NCBI GenBank assembly: GCA_043803085.1
Contig: JAZDKM010000288.1
Location: 3,063 to 67,062 of the forward strand
DNA length: 64,000 bases
DNA from: Planctomycetota bacterium
GTDB lineage: Bacteria > Planctomycetota > Phycisphaerae > UBA1845
Direction: 5' to 3'
A program made the position numbers and the translations under genes. Below are positions 1 through 8,616 of the stretch, piece after piece. The notes below the pieces were generated by a model. The model saw only the letters and a program-made list of their open reading frames with translations. It was not told the DNA's origin and made no database searches. Each line of letters begins with the position of its first letter. The stretch's first letter is position 1.

Positions 1-371
1 GGAATGTCCAAAATCCCAGGTTCGCTCACTGCCCGGCTCAGGCCGGCGTCAGACCGGACCGCCACCCGCTGGTGACGGCTGGCCGGGATTGCCCCGATTT
101 CTCCGGGCGGAACATGCCCGCGCTCACGTCCTTGGCTCCTTGCTGGGACCGGTGAGGTCGCAGCGAAGAATGATCAACGCGTAAACGAAGCGGCAGGTTG
201 GGCCGATTAACCCACCCGCCGCTCGTAGGTTCTCGGGTTGTGGCCGGGCGCTTACGTAATCGGGCCCGTAAAGTCGCGCGGCACAATCCCGTAATCGTTC
301 AGGCCCACGTCGCAGTCGCCGCCGAGGTCACCCGATGGCTGCCCGGAGCAGCCAAGCGGTCCTACACACGA

Positions 372-908
372 TCAGCGTCCGGGCGGCTCCCCCGTAGCCC
401 GGAACGAGATCCACGCGCTCCCATCACCAGCCGCGCCGGTTTGATCCGTTTCCGCCGCGGCGGCACATATCAGGTCCCGCACCATGCGCTCGTCATTGAG
501 CCAGTCCTCCGCGGACGCATACCCGAGAGCCTGATACATGGCCACCGACGCGGCGTCTTCTTGAGGCGTCGTGCAGAAGCAGTCTTGCTCATCGATCAGC
601 ACCCAATTGGTGTGCCATTGGCAATAGTATCTGTTCACGGCCTGCTGGTCGCCGCTGGCAATGGCACCCTCGATCTGAGGGGGCAGAACATCCTCATTCT
701 CCGTCCATAGGCTCTGGCACGACGGGGACAAGACGCAAGTGTCTGGCTCGGCGCCTTCCCCGGGGTACGACGGAAACAAGACGCAAGTGTCTGGCTCGCC
801 GCATCCCCCGGTGTACGTGTGGCAACCGTGCGACACCACCAACAACCAGCCCACCAAACCAATTAAGACCATCGTAGGAAGGTGTTTTTCGCAGACAGCG
901 CAATTCAT
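372..908 (-). CDS. hypothetical Cys-rich protein with N-terminal hydrophobic/lipoprotein-like segment
   Basis: 178-aa ORF with hydrophobic N-terminus (MVLIGLVGWLLVVSHGC). Contains an internal 16-aa duplication (EPDTCVLxPS) from a ~48-bp direct DNA repeat around 720-805. I recognise no family. Confidence 0.4.
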   Translation of the reverse strand: MNCAVCEKHLPTMVLIGLVGWLLVVSHGCHTYTGGCGEPDTCVLFPSYPGEGAEPDTCVLSPSCQSLWTENEDVLPPQIEGAIASGDQQAVNRYYCQWHTNWVLIDEQDCFCTTPQEDAASVAMYQALGYASAEDWLNDERMVRDLICAAAAETDQTGAAGDGSAWISFRATGEPPGR

Positions 909-942
909 GGTTGATCTCCGTCTGAGGGAAAATCTCGCGGCT

Positions 943-1641
943 CTACGAATGCCGTCGGCGCGCAGGCACCACGGCCCAGGCTGCGACCAGGAACAATGTC
1001 GCAGGCTCGGGGATAACCACCGTCAAAACAGGATGGTACGAGGACGCTTCGGACGAGTAGAAGGCAACGGCGTCCGATCCACCCTCGAACGGCAGAAATG
1101 CCCAACCATAGTCTGACTCACCTGCTGACCAAGCGCGCAGGCTGGCCGTAACATCTACATCTAAGGGGCCAATGGGGATGTGCTCTGCGTGCGTACCCTC
1201 GCCGATCGAGAAATCGGGCTCGACCACCGCCTCGATGCCGTTCGCCTGGACTCCATCGTTCAGCCCATTCCAAGTAACGGTCTCTTCCCAGGGAATAAGC
1301 ATTCGATGCACTGTGAAACCACTGCCGGCGTTCATAACGTACAGGCTAACCGTGGCGGAGACGATCGGCGAGCCGTAGGGAATCTGCCCAGGGTCTGCCC
1401 CGAAAATACCATCGAACCCTAGCAGCCCCTGCTCCTCACCGGCGCCCGCCATCCAGCCGTCCATCCAAAACACATAATAGTCCGAGTAGCTCTCATCCGC
1501 CCAATCTTCGCCGATCGTCGTGTCCCGGGTCCCGGTGTAGCCGCTGACACCCTGTTGAAAGCTGTACTCTTCCGCCTGACTGGACTGTAATCCCAGTAGG
1601 CATAAACCCGCAACGACAGCAAACTGGCTAGAAGGTTTCAT
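943..1641 (-). CDS. secreted PEP-CTERM sorting-domain protein (beta-sandwich; possibly DNRLRE-like domain)
   Basis: Signal peptide (MKPSSQFAVVAGLCLLGLQSSQA). C-terminus is VIPEPATLFLVAAWAVVPARRRHS: PEP motif, TM helix and basic tail. The central 'SATVSLYV...VHRMLIPWEETVTWN' resembles DNRLRE-type domains. Confidence 0.8.
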   Translation of the reverse strand: MKPSSQFAVVAGLCLLGLQSSQAEEYSFQQGVSGYTGTRDTTIGEDWADESYSDYYVFWMDGWMAGAGEEQGLLGFDGIFGADPGQIPYGSPIVSATVSLYVMNAGSGFTVHRMLIPWEETVTWNGLNDGVQANGIEAVVEPDFSIGEGTHAEHIPIGPLDVDVTASLRAWSAGESDYGWAFLPFEGGSDAVAFYSSEASSYHPVLTVVIPEPATLFLVAAWAVVPARRRHS

Positions 1642-1921
1642 AGTCTGTCTCCGAGGTATTCCGATGCGGCAGCCGGACCGAAAGGCAACGCGCCCCCTGC
1701 CCGTCCGCGTGTAACCCGAGATCCCGCGTCTCCATGATCGCCGTTGGCCGTGACCGCTCCTTCGGGTGCCCCGGGAACGCCCCGGAGCCCCAGCTTCTCA
1801 GCATCTGTGGCCGCCACCTCCCCTGGGTCTTCTTCCACCGCGGAGTTCGCGGAGACCGCAGAGCATCCAATCTAACAAACACCGTTGGGCGGGAATCTGG
1901 ACGCGAAAAAAAAGTCGGAAC

Positions 1922-1956
1922 TGCAAGAGAGAAGGCAAGAGGCAAGAGGCAAGAGG
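1922..1956 (+). repeat. (GGCAAGA)n heptanucleotide tandem array, locus A
   Basis: Three perfect GGCAAGA units at 1934-1954, preceded by degenerate units. Followed by an A/C-rich CGAAA-type tract (about 1990-2035). Confidence 0.9.
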
Positions 1957-2154
1957 GGCACGGCAGAACATGGCATTCAGGAAACAAGGTCAGACCGCGA
2001 AAAGCCCAAACGCCAAAACGCCGAAAACCCGAATCCGTTTGAGCCGAAGCGCCGATGGTGTTGAGCCGGCGGCGCTGGACGTCATAACCTATTTCTGCAA
2101 AGCGAGTTAGCGCGGCAGTGGGCATGAAGCGTTAGCCGGAGTTGACCGACAGAT

Positions 2155-2186
2155 CGGATTATGCGATAATCTGAATGTCGGATTAT
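2155..2186 (+). promoter_or_regulatory. candidate operator of the vapBC-like operon
   Basis: Inverted repeat GATTAT-GCG-ATAATC (2157-2171) flanked by direct CGGATTAT repeats (2155-2162, 2179-2186). Lies 35-65 nt upstream of the antitoxin ATG, and the SD GAGGGAGG is at 2208-2215. AbrB-type antitoxins typically autoregulate through such palindromes. Confidence 0.35.
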
Positions 2187-2220
2187 CTGGCGCTACCCAC
2201 AAGCGCGAGGGAGGTCGCGT

Positions 2221-2529
2221 ATGAAACCCAGGCTTTCTCCGGACACCACCAAGGTCGGTAAACGCGGGACGGTGGTCATCCCTGCCCGGCTGCGCCGCCG
2301 GTTCGGCATCGAAGAAGGCGACCTCGTGGTCTTCGAGCCCTCCCCCGATGGGGTGCTCATCCGCCCGGCCGTCGCGCTTCCAATCGAGATCTACACGCCG
2401 CAGCGGCAGGCCGAGTTCCTGCTCAGCAACGCGGTGGACACGGCCGACTACCAGGCGGCCCGCGCAGCCGTCCAGGCGATGGGCGTCGATCCTGACGCCA
2501 TCGACCACAAGAAGCCGCCGAGGAGATAG
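2221..2529 (+). CDS. AbrB/MazE/SpoVT-family antitoxin (VapB-like)
   Basis: Motif 'VGKRGTVVIPARLRRRFGIEEGDLVVFE...GVLIRP' is a swapped-hairpin AbrB fold signature. The gene is 3 nt upstream of the PIN gene. Confidence 0.8.
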   Translation: MKPRLSPDTTKVGKRGTVVIPARLRRRFGIEEGDLVVFEPSPDGVLIRPAVALPIEIYTPQRQAEFLLSNAVDTADYQAARAAVQAMGVDPDAIDHKKPPRR

Positions 2530-2532
2530 CGG

Positions 2533-2931
2533 GTGGACCGCCTGTTTCACGACGCGAATGTGCTCTTCTCGGCTGCATATCGCGAGGGCTCGGGGCTGAT
2601 GCGGCTTTGGTCCCTCTCCGACGTGGAGTTGCTCACGTCGGCTTACGCGCTCGAGGAGGCTCGACGCAATCTGGCCGACGACGAGCCACAAACCCGCTTG
2701 GCCGATTTGGCGAAGAGCATCACAGTCGTTGACGAGGCGCCGACGGCGCTCGCGTTGTCGGTTGGCCTGAACCTCCCCGAGAAAGACACGCCCGTCCTGT
2801 TGGCCGCACTGAATGCCGCGGCGACCCATTTGCTGACCGGCGACAAGACCCACTTCGGGCGTTACTTCGGGAAGAAAATTGCGGGCATCCTGATCCTGCG
2901 GCCGGCCGATTACCTCCGGGGAAGAAGTTGA
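2533..2931 (+). CDS. PIN-domain ribonuclease toxin (VapC-like)
   Basis: GTG start. Acidic PIN residues are in the expected places (LFHDANVL..., LEEARRNL, ...HLLTGDKTHF). Tightly coupled to the upstream antitoxin. Confidence 0.75.
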   Translation: MDRLFHDANVLFSAAYREGSGLMRLWSLSDVELLTSAYALEEARRNLADDEPQTRLADLAKSITVVDEAPTALALSVGLNLPEKDTPVLLAALNAAATHLLTGDKTHFGRYFGKKIAGILILRPADYLRGRS

Positions 2932-2949
2932 CCAAGGCAACCGCCTGAA

Positions 2950-2977
2950 GGGAAGAGGCAGGAGGCAAGAGGCAAGA
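2950..2977 (+). repeat. (GGCAAGA)n heptanucleotide array, locus B
   Basis: Units GGGAAGA GGCAGGA GGCAAGA GGCAAGA, then an A/C-rich tract (2985-3025). That tract shares the 9-mer CGAAAAGCC with locus A. Confidence 0.85.
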
Positions 2978-3309
2978 GTGAAGCGGCAACCAAACCGAAA
3001 CCCGAAAAGCCAGAATACCGAAACGGCGAGACGGCGGGCGGGCGTCGGGGCGCTGCCGAGATCCTGTCACGCACCGACACAGCGGGGCGCGCGCTACCCG
3101 CGCCGTTCAACTCGATCACGCGCCAAGGACTATGCACGGGGACGCCGCGCGCCCGCCGCAGCCCGCCCTGTAGGAGATCCGCAGGTGTGAAAGGAGGTAA
3201 AAACGCGTGCCCGGTCTGAACCGCGAGTGCTCTATTCGGAAGGCCCCAATCCCGTTTTCGGTGCCGTTTCAGTGGCTCAAGGGCCAAACCGCAGCCTAGC
3301 GCGTACGCG

Positions 3310-3328
3310 AAATTTCCAAACAAAGCCA
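3310..3328 (-). repeat. inverted copy of the AAATGGGTTYGTTTGGAAAT-type motif
   Basis: The reverse complement of AAATTTCCAAACAAAGCCA matches the motif present three times at 20672-20887. Confidence 0.6.
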
Positions 3329-3421
3329 AACTTAGTCAAGTTGGATAAACTGGGCAAAACTGCCGCCCGCGCTAGAACGGCGGCCAAAAATGGCCAAGCG
3401 ATCCGATCCGCACACCGGACC

Positions 3422-4036
3422 CTACATGTAGCGCGTGATCGAGACCAGCAGCTCGTGCAGGGTTTTCAGCCCGCGGTAGCAGAGCTTGTGGACCGCGGCC
3501 TCGGTCTTGCCCAGCCGGGCGGCGACCTCGGCCACAGGCCGGCCCTCGAGGAATCGCAGCCGTACCACCGCACGCTGCTCGTCGGTCAGCCGGGCCAGGC
3601 TCGACGTGACGGCCGCCACGGCCTCCTGCCGCGCGAACTGCCCGCTGGGCGTCGTGTCCGATGCGGCCAGCCGGTGGACCAGACCGAGGTACGACGACTC
3701 GGCCGCGGCCGGCGGGCGCTGCTCGCGCTCGATGTTCCGCTTGTGCCGTTTGGAGGCCCGCTGGTGATTGCGCAAGGTGTTCAGGGCGATCGTCTCCAGC
3801 CACGCGTAGAACCCCGCCGGTCCGTCGAATTGGCAGCCCGTCATCGCCTTGAACGCCGCCGTGTAGGCGTCTTGCAGCACGTCGTCCGGATCGAGCCGTG
3901 CACGATACGCGTCATCCAGGCAGTCCGCGACGACCGCACGCAGCACGGCATGATAGTATACGATCAGCCGCTGCAGGGCGTCCGCATCACCCCTGACGGC
4001 CAATTCGACCTGCTCGGCGCGTTGCCGTTCGTCCAT
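3422..4036 (-). CDS. ECF-type RNA polymerase sigma-70 family factor
   Basis: Region 2 ('DVLQDAYTAAFK...FYAWLETIALNTLRNHQR') and region 4 HTH ('LTDEQRAVVRLRFLEGRPVAEVAARLGKTEAAVHKLCYRGLKTL'). No anti-sigma gene lies downstream. Confidence 0.85.
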   Translation of the reverse strand: MDERQRAEQVELAVRGDADALQRLIVYYHAVLRAVVADCLDDAYRARLDPDDVLQDAYTAAFKAMTGCQFDGPAGFYAWLETIALNTLRNHQRASKRHKRNIEREQRPPAAAESSYLGLVHRLAASDTTPSGQFARQEAVAAVTSSLARLTDEQRAVVRLRFLEGRPVAEVAARLGKTEAAVHKLCYRGLKTLHELLVSITRYM

Positions 4037-4620
4037 CTACAGCAGCCCGTATTTCTGCAATCGTACCCAGGCGAGCCAGCCCATTCAAGCGAAACCGGCC
4101 TGTCGTGCCGCTGCTTTTGCCCGCCGAGCCGCCCTCCCGGCACGCCGAAACGCCAATTCGGCCGCTCCCGTCTTCGGAAACACGGTTTTGCGGCGTTTCG
4201 GCACAACATTAACCCCTACCCCCACGGATCATGCCATCACGACCAACCCATCTGGAAAATCTGGGTTGACCTGGGGGCATGGGGGAGGTGCTCCTGGAAA
4301 GCACTGCTCACAGAGCAGTGGCACACTCGAGACTCAAGCTGGGTTGGAGCACGAGGAACACGCCACGGTTCATGGTGCCGCTTACAAGGGGCGACGCTAC
4401 ATGAGCTTTTCACGCGCGCTTTGAGGTTCGCCTCGGTGGAGCCGCCGGGAACCCGCCGCGGGTTTGTGCGTCCAATAGGCTAAGAAGGCTGTAAAAGGAT
4501 CGGAGCTGCGGGCTTGGGCGCGCGGCGACGGTCATGCTAATTGGCCTGGCGTGCCGATAGGACGTAACATGACCCTGACCATTCTTGGCCCATAAGAGTT
4601 CTATTCCGGGAGTATCAACC

Positions 4621-6687
4621 ATGTCCGTGATGCGTACTGGACCGGTGTTTCTGTCGTTGGCGGCGAGCGTTCTGGCGGCGGACCTGCCCGTCAAGCGCGT
4701 GACGGTGTACAGCAGCGGGGTGGCGTGCTACGAACGCTCGGGCGCGGTGGACGGCGACGTGACCATCGAGATGCCGTTCAAGACTGAGCAAATCAACGAC
4801 CTCCTCAAGTCCATGGTGCTGATGGACCCCGGCGGGCGCGTCGAGCCGGTGGTCTATGCCTCGCAAGACCCCATCGAGAAAGCGCTGCGGGCCTTCGGTA
4901 TCGATCTCACCCAGCGGCCGCCCTTGCGGGCGCTGTTCGAGCAATTGCGCGGCGTGCCCATCGAGTTGAAGTTGCACACCCAAGCAGAGCCCGTGAAGGG
5001 CAAGATCCTCGGCACCGAGGTCCATCGCGTGGTGGACAAGAACGGCCAGGCAATGGACCTCGAGTATGTCAACCTGGCCTGCGAAGAAGGCATCCGCTCT
5101 TTCGCCCTCGGCGACCTGCGCTCCACGCATCTGCTGGATGAGAAGCTCGACGCCGAGTTGAGCCAAGCACTGGGGGTCCTGGCAACTTCCCGCGACGTGA
5201 GCAAGAAATCGGTAATGCTGCACTTCGCCGGGCAGGGCAGTCGGAGAGTGACCGCCGCTTACATCCTGGAAGCGCCCGTGTGGAAGACCAGCTACCGCCT
5301 GGTTCTCGGCAAGGACGAGAAGCCGCTTCTGCAGGGCTGGGCCATGGTAGACAATACCACCGACGAGGACTGGAAGGACGTGCAATTGACACTTGTTTCG
5401 GGCCGGCCGATCTCCTTTGTGCAGGATTTATACACCCCGCTCTACGTGCCACGCCCGGAAGTCAAACCGGAAATCTACGCCTCGCTCCGCCCGCAGAAGT
5501 ACGAGGGCGACATGTTCGCGGAGGCGGCGGAGAAGAGGCCGCCAGAGGCCCCGCCGCCCGCCCCCGAGGCCAAGGCGAAGTTAGCCATGCGCGGCAGAGC
5601 AGGCGGCGCTAAGGGCGAGGCGGCTCAGGAAGGCATTGCTTACGCCTTGCAAGCTGCTCCTGCGGCGGTGGCCGGGGAGGCCATTACCGCAACGGCGGCC
5701 GGGGTGGCTTCGATGGCGCAGGCCGCGGAAGCCGGCGAACTGTTCAAGTACGCCATCCAAGCGCCGGTGACCATCGCACGGCAGAAAGCGGCCATGCTCC
5801 CCATCGTCAACGAGGCGGTCGAAATCGAGAAGCTGTCGATCTACAACCAGAGCGTGCAGGCCAAATACCCGCTCAATGGGGTCCACCTGACCAACTCGAC
5901 CAAGCTGAACCTGATGCAGGGACCCGTGACCGTCTTCGACGAAAGCATCTACGCCGGCGATGCCCAACTCGACAATATGAACCCCGCCGAAAAGCGTTTG
6001 ATCTCCTATGCCGTGGACCTGGAGCGGGAAGTGGTGGTCGATGCTCAGTCGGCCCCCCAGCAGACCGTCTCGATGTGGATCAAGAAGGGCACGCTGTACC
6101 TCAAGAACAAGTTTGAGCAAACCCGGCTTTACCGGATCAAGAACAAAGGTGACGCCAACCGCACGATGCTGGTCGAGCATCCCTACCAGGCCGATTGGAC
6201 GCTGGTCGAGCCGAAGGAGCCGTTCGAGCGTACGGCCGCACTCTACCGCTTCAAATTCGAGGCCAAGGCCGGCAAGACCGACACCCTGACGGTGCGTGAG
6301 GAGCGGGTGACGGACCAGGCGGTGGTCATCCGCAGCAGCGGGCTGGACACCATTCAGCTTTACCTGCGCTCCAAGGTCATCAGCAAGAAGGTGCAGGAAG
6401 CGCTGCAGAAAGTGGTGACCATGCGGACCGCCCTGGAACAGCAGGAGCGTGAGGTGGACCGCCTCAAGACCAAGCTCCGCTCGATCCAGGACGAGCAGGA
6501 ACGTCTGCGGGCCAACCTCGGCGCCGTGCAGCAGGATTCCGACCTGTACCGCCGCTACATTACCAAGCTGGAGAAACAGGAGACCGAGATCGAGCAGCAC
6601 CAGGGCGCCCTGGCCGAAGCCGAAGCCAAGGTCGAGAAGCTGCGCCGCGAGTTGGACGACTACCTGTTGAACCTCGACGTGGAGTAG
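4621..6687 (+). CDS. DUF4139-family secreted protein with C-terminal coiled coil
   Basis: Signal peptide starts at the ATG at 4621, with a GGGAG SD. 'WKTSYRLVL...GWAMVDNTTDEDWKDVQLTLVSGRP' is the DUF4139 core. The last ~90 aa are heptad-rich (E/K/R/L). The track ORF starts at 4585. Confidence 0.65.
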   Translation: MSVMRTGPVFLSLAASVLAADLPVKRVTVYSSGVACYERSGAVDGDVTIEMPFKTEQINDLLKSMVLMDPGGRVEPVVYASQDPIEKALRAFGIDLTQRPPLRALFEQLRGVPIELKLHTQAEPVKGKILGTEVHRVVDKNGQAMDLEYVNLACEEGIRSFALGDLRSTHLLDEKLDAELSQALGVLATSRDVSKKSVMLHFAGQGSRRVTAAYILEAPVWKTSYRLVLGKDEKPLLQGWAMVDNTTDEDWKDVQLTLVSGRPISFVQDLYTPLYVPRPEVKPEIYASLRPQKYEGDMFAEAAEKRPPEAPPPAPEAKAKLAMRGRAGGAKGEAAQEGIAYALQAAPAAVAGEAITATAAGVASMAQAAEAGELFKYAIQAPVTIARQKAAMLPIVNEAVEIEKLSIYNQSVQAKYPLNGVHLTNSTKLNLMQGPVTVFDESIYAGDAQLDNMNPAEKRLISYAVDLEREVVVDAQSAPQQTVSMWIKKGTLYLKNKFEQTRLYRIKNKGDANRTMLVEHPYQADWTLVEPKEPFERTAALYRFKFEAKAGKTDTLTVREERVTDQAVVIRSSGLDTIQLYLRSKVISKKVQEALQKVVTMRTALEQQEREVDRLKTKLRSIQDEQERLRANLGAVQQDSDLYRRYITKLEKQETEIEQHQGALAEAEAKVEKLRRELDDYLLNLDVE

Positions 6688-6775
6688 CGCGGGAGCGGCT
6701 GACCCAAGCCCGTCGCGCAGCGTTTGCCCGATCGGGCACCTATTCCGACGAACCCACCGGAGTCCGCCGGTACAC

Positions 6776-6791
6776 TGGCACGGCAGGTGCA
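6776..6791 (+). promoter_or_regulatory. candidate sigma-54 (-24/-12) promoter of glnA
   Basis: TGGCACGGCAGGTGCA versus consensus TGGCACG-N4-TTGCW. There is one mismatch, GG/GC spacing is correct, and the site ends 49 nt upstream of the glnA ATG. Confidence 0.35.
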
Positions 6792-6840
6792 AGTGATCGT
6801 CTGCGGGCTCGGGGAGATGGAGTTTTAGCGAGGTGGCCTT

Positions 6841-8259
6841 ATGTTTGATTCCCCCGCCCAGGCACTCAAGTACATTGCCGACCACGACATAGCGATGGTC
6901 GATCTCAAAGTGGTCGGCGTCGCGGGACAATGGCTCCACATCACCATCCCAGCGCGGAATTTCACGCAGAAGCATTTCGAGGAGGGGGTCGGGTACGACG
7001 GCTCCTCGGGAGCCGGTTTCGGGCGGGTGGAGTGCGGGGACGTGGCCGCCCTGCCGGAACCGGAGATGGCCTTCATCGACCCGTTCTGGGAGCACCCCAC
7101 GCTCAGCCTGCTGTGCAACACGGTGAGCGCGGATACCAAGCAGCCGTTCGCCGCCGACCCCCGAGGCATCGCCCGGCGGGCGGTGACTTACCTGCGGGCT
7201 TCCGGCATCGCCGACGAAGCCTGGATGGCCCCGGAGTTCGAATTTCACGTGTTTGACCGCGTCGAGGTGCTCAACGACCCCTACTATATCAGCGTCCGTA
7301 TTCAGTCCTCCGAGGTGGAATCGGACGGGACCACCCCGGGCATCGCCCTCAAGCGGGGGTACATGCGCGTTCCGCCGACCGAGCAACTCCACGACCTGCG
7401 CTCGGAGGTTTGCCTGACCCTGGAGCGGATGGCCGTCCCCGTACGCTATCACCATCACGAAGTGGGGGCGCCGGGCCAGTGCGAAATCGAGGTCGACCTG
7501 GACACCCTAGTGCGTGCGGCCGACCGGACCATGCTGATTAAGTACGTCATCAAGAACGTGGCCCGGCGGCGGGGCAAACTGGCCACCTTCATGCCCAAGC
7601 CCGTTTTCGGGGAGGCCGGCAATGGCATGCACGTGCATCAGCGGCTGGAGAAGGGCGGTAAGCCGCTTTTCTACGATGAGCGCGAGCGGAACTACGCCAA
7701 CCTGAGCACGACGGCCCTGCAATATGTCGCGGGCTTGCTGCGGCACGCCGGGGCCTTGACCGGACTGACCAATCCCTCCACCAACTCATTCAAGCGTCTG
7801 GTGGAAGGGTATGAGGCCCCGGTGCATCTGTTCTTCTCGCTGGCCAACCGCTCGGCGGCCATTCGCGTGCCGCGCTACGCGGTCTCGCCCCGAGACAAAC
7901 GCATCGAGTATCGCCCGCCCGACTTCACCGGTAACATCTATCTCTCCCTGGCGGCGATGCTCATGGCCGGCCTGGACGGAATCAAGCAGAAACTGGACCC
8001 GGCCGACCACAACTTCGGCCCCTTTGACGTGGATATCGCCAGACAGGACATCGCTCTCCAGAGCAAGATCGCCCAATTGCCGCGCTCCCTTTATGACGCA
8101 CTGGCCGCTCTCGAGCGCGATCGTGATTTCCTGGTCAAAGGCGAGGTCTTCCCACCGACTTTCGTCGACGCCTGGGTGGCGCTGAAACGCGCCGACGAAA
8201 CCGAGCTGATTGCCACCCGGCCGCACCCGTATGAGTTCGAGTTATATCTGGACGTGTAG
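6841..8259 (+). CDS. glnA: glutamine synthetase, type I
   Basis: 472 aa. Typical GSI blocks are present (DLKVVGVAGQWLH, MPKPVFGEAGNGMHVHQ, NPSTNSFKRLVEGYEAP, NRSAAIRVP). Confidence 0.95.
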   Translation: MFDSPAQALKYIADHDIAMVDLKVVGVAGQWLHITIPARNFTQKHFEEGVGYDGSSGAGFGRVECGDVAALPEPEMAFIDPFWEHPTLSLLCNTVSADTKQPFAADPRGIARRAVTYLRASGIADEAWMAPEFEFHVFDRVEVLNDPYYISVRIQSSEVESDGTTPGIALKRGYMRVPPTEQLHDLRSEVCLTLERMAVPVRYHHHEVGAPGQCEIEVDLDTLVRAADRTMLIKYVIKNVARRRGKLATFMPKPVFGEAGNGMHVHQRLEKGGKPLFYDERERNYANLSTTALQYVAGLLRHAGALTGLTNPSTNSFKRLVEGYEAPVHLFFSLANRSAAIRVPRYAVSPRDKRIEYRPPDFTGNIYLSLAAMLMAGLDGIKQKLDPADHNFGPFDVDIARQDIALQSKIAQLPRSLYDALAALERDRDFLVKGEVFPPTFVDAWVALKRADETELIATRPHPYEFELYLDV

Positions 8260-8298
8260 CGCGGAGTCCGCCAGTGACTACGAATCAGCGTCGCCGAA

Positions 8299-8616
8299 AT
8301 GGGCCGGCTGCTTCCCGCCGAGCAGGCTATGGCCTTCAGCGTCGAGTACGCAAGCGTCATGCTCTTCGGGCGGGCACGGGCGGTGACCGACCCCGTGTCG
8401 GCACGGCGTGCCTTACAACGGTTGCTGAACAAGTACTTTGGCCACCTTCAGCCCGGGCGCGACTATCATCCGATCACGGATGCGGAGTTGGCGCTCACTT
8501 CCGTCTTTCAGGTGGAAATCGCCGCGTGGAGCGGAAAGCAGAAGCGCGCGCCGGCTGACTTTCCTGGGGCCTTCGACTATCCGCCTCCCGGGCCAGGTCG
8601 AGCCGGTCGGGCCTAA
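8299..8616 (+). pseudogene. C-terminal remnant of a pyridoxamine-5'-phosphate-oxidase-family (Pyridox_ox_2/NimA-like) gene
   Basis: 'FSVEYASVMLFGRARAVTD...LLNKYFGH...TSVFQVEIAAWSGKQK' matches only the C-terminal half of this ~150-200-aa family. glnA ends 40 nt upstream, so there is no room for the N-terminal half. Confidence 0.45.

Noticed and set aside
3207-3299. 30-codon ORF (GTG) preceded by a strong AAAGGAGG in the convergent intergenic region downstream of vapC.
   Set aside because: The peptide has no hydrophobic or structured character. The region is repeat-rich and lies downstream of two converging genes. The SD-like string alone is insufficient.
3227-4483. Long ORFs antisense to or overlapping confident genes. 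Examples: 3227-4483(+), 5581-7458(-), 13256-14887(+), 21179-22972(+), 22941-24287(+), 34268-35677(-), 35511-36947(-), 47038-48588(-), 52285-53727(-), 57558-58613(+), 60421-61680(+).
   Set aside because: Their translations are Arg/Gly/Pro/Ala-rich low-complexity strings with no recognisable motifs. They lie opposite or out of frame to genes with clear family signatures. This is the expected stop-codon-poor artefact of high-GC DNA.
4037-4620. 584-nt divergent intergenic region between the ECF sigma gene and the DUF4139 gene, examined for an ncRNA or riboswitch. It contains hairpins CACTGCTC-ACA-GAGCAGTG at about 4303 and GCCGAAACGCC...GGCGTTTCGGC at 4142/4190.
   Set aside because: I recognised no known RNA family (tmRNA, RNase P, SRP, 6S or common riboswitch cores). 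Isolated hairpins are expected in promoter regions. A covariance-model scan is needed before any call.
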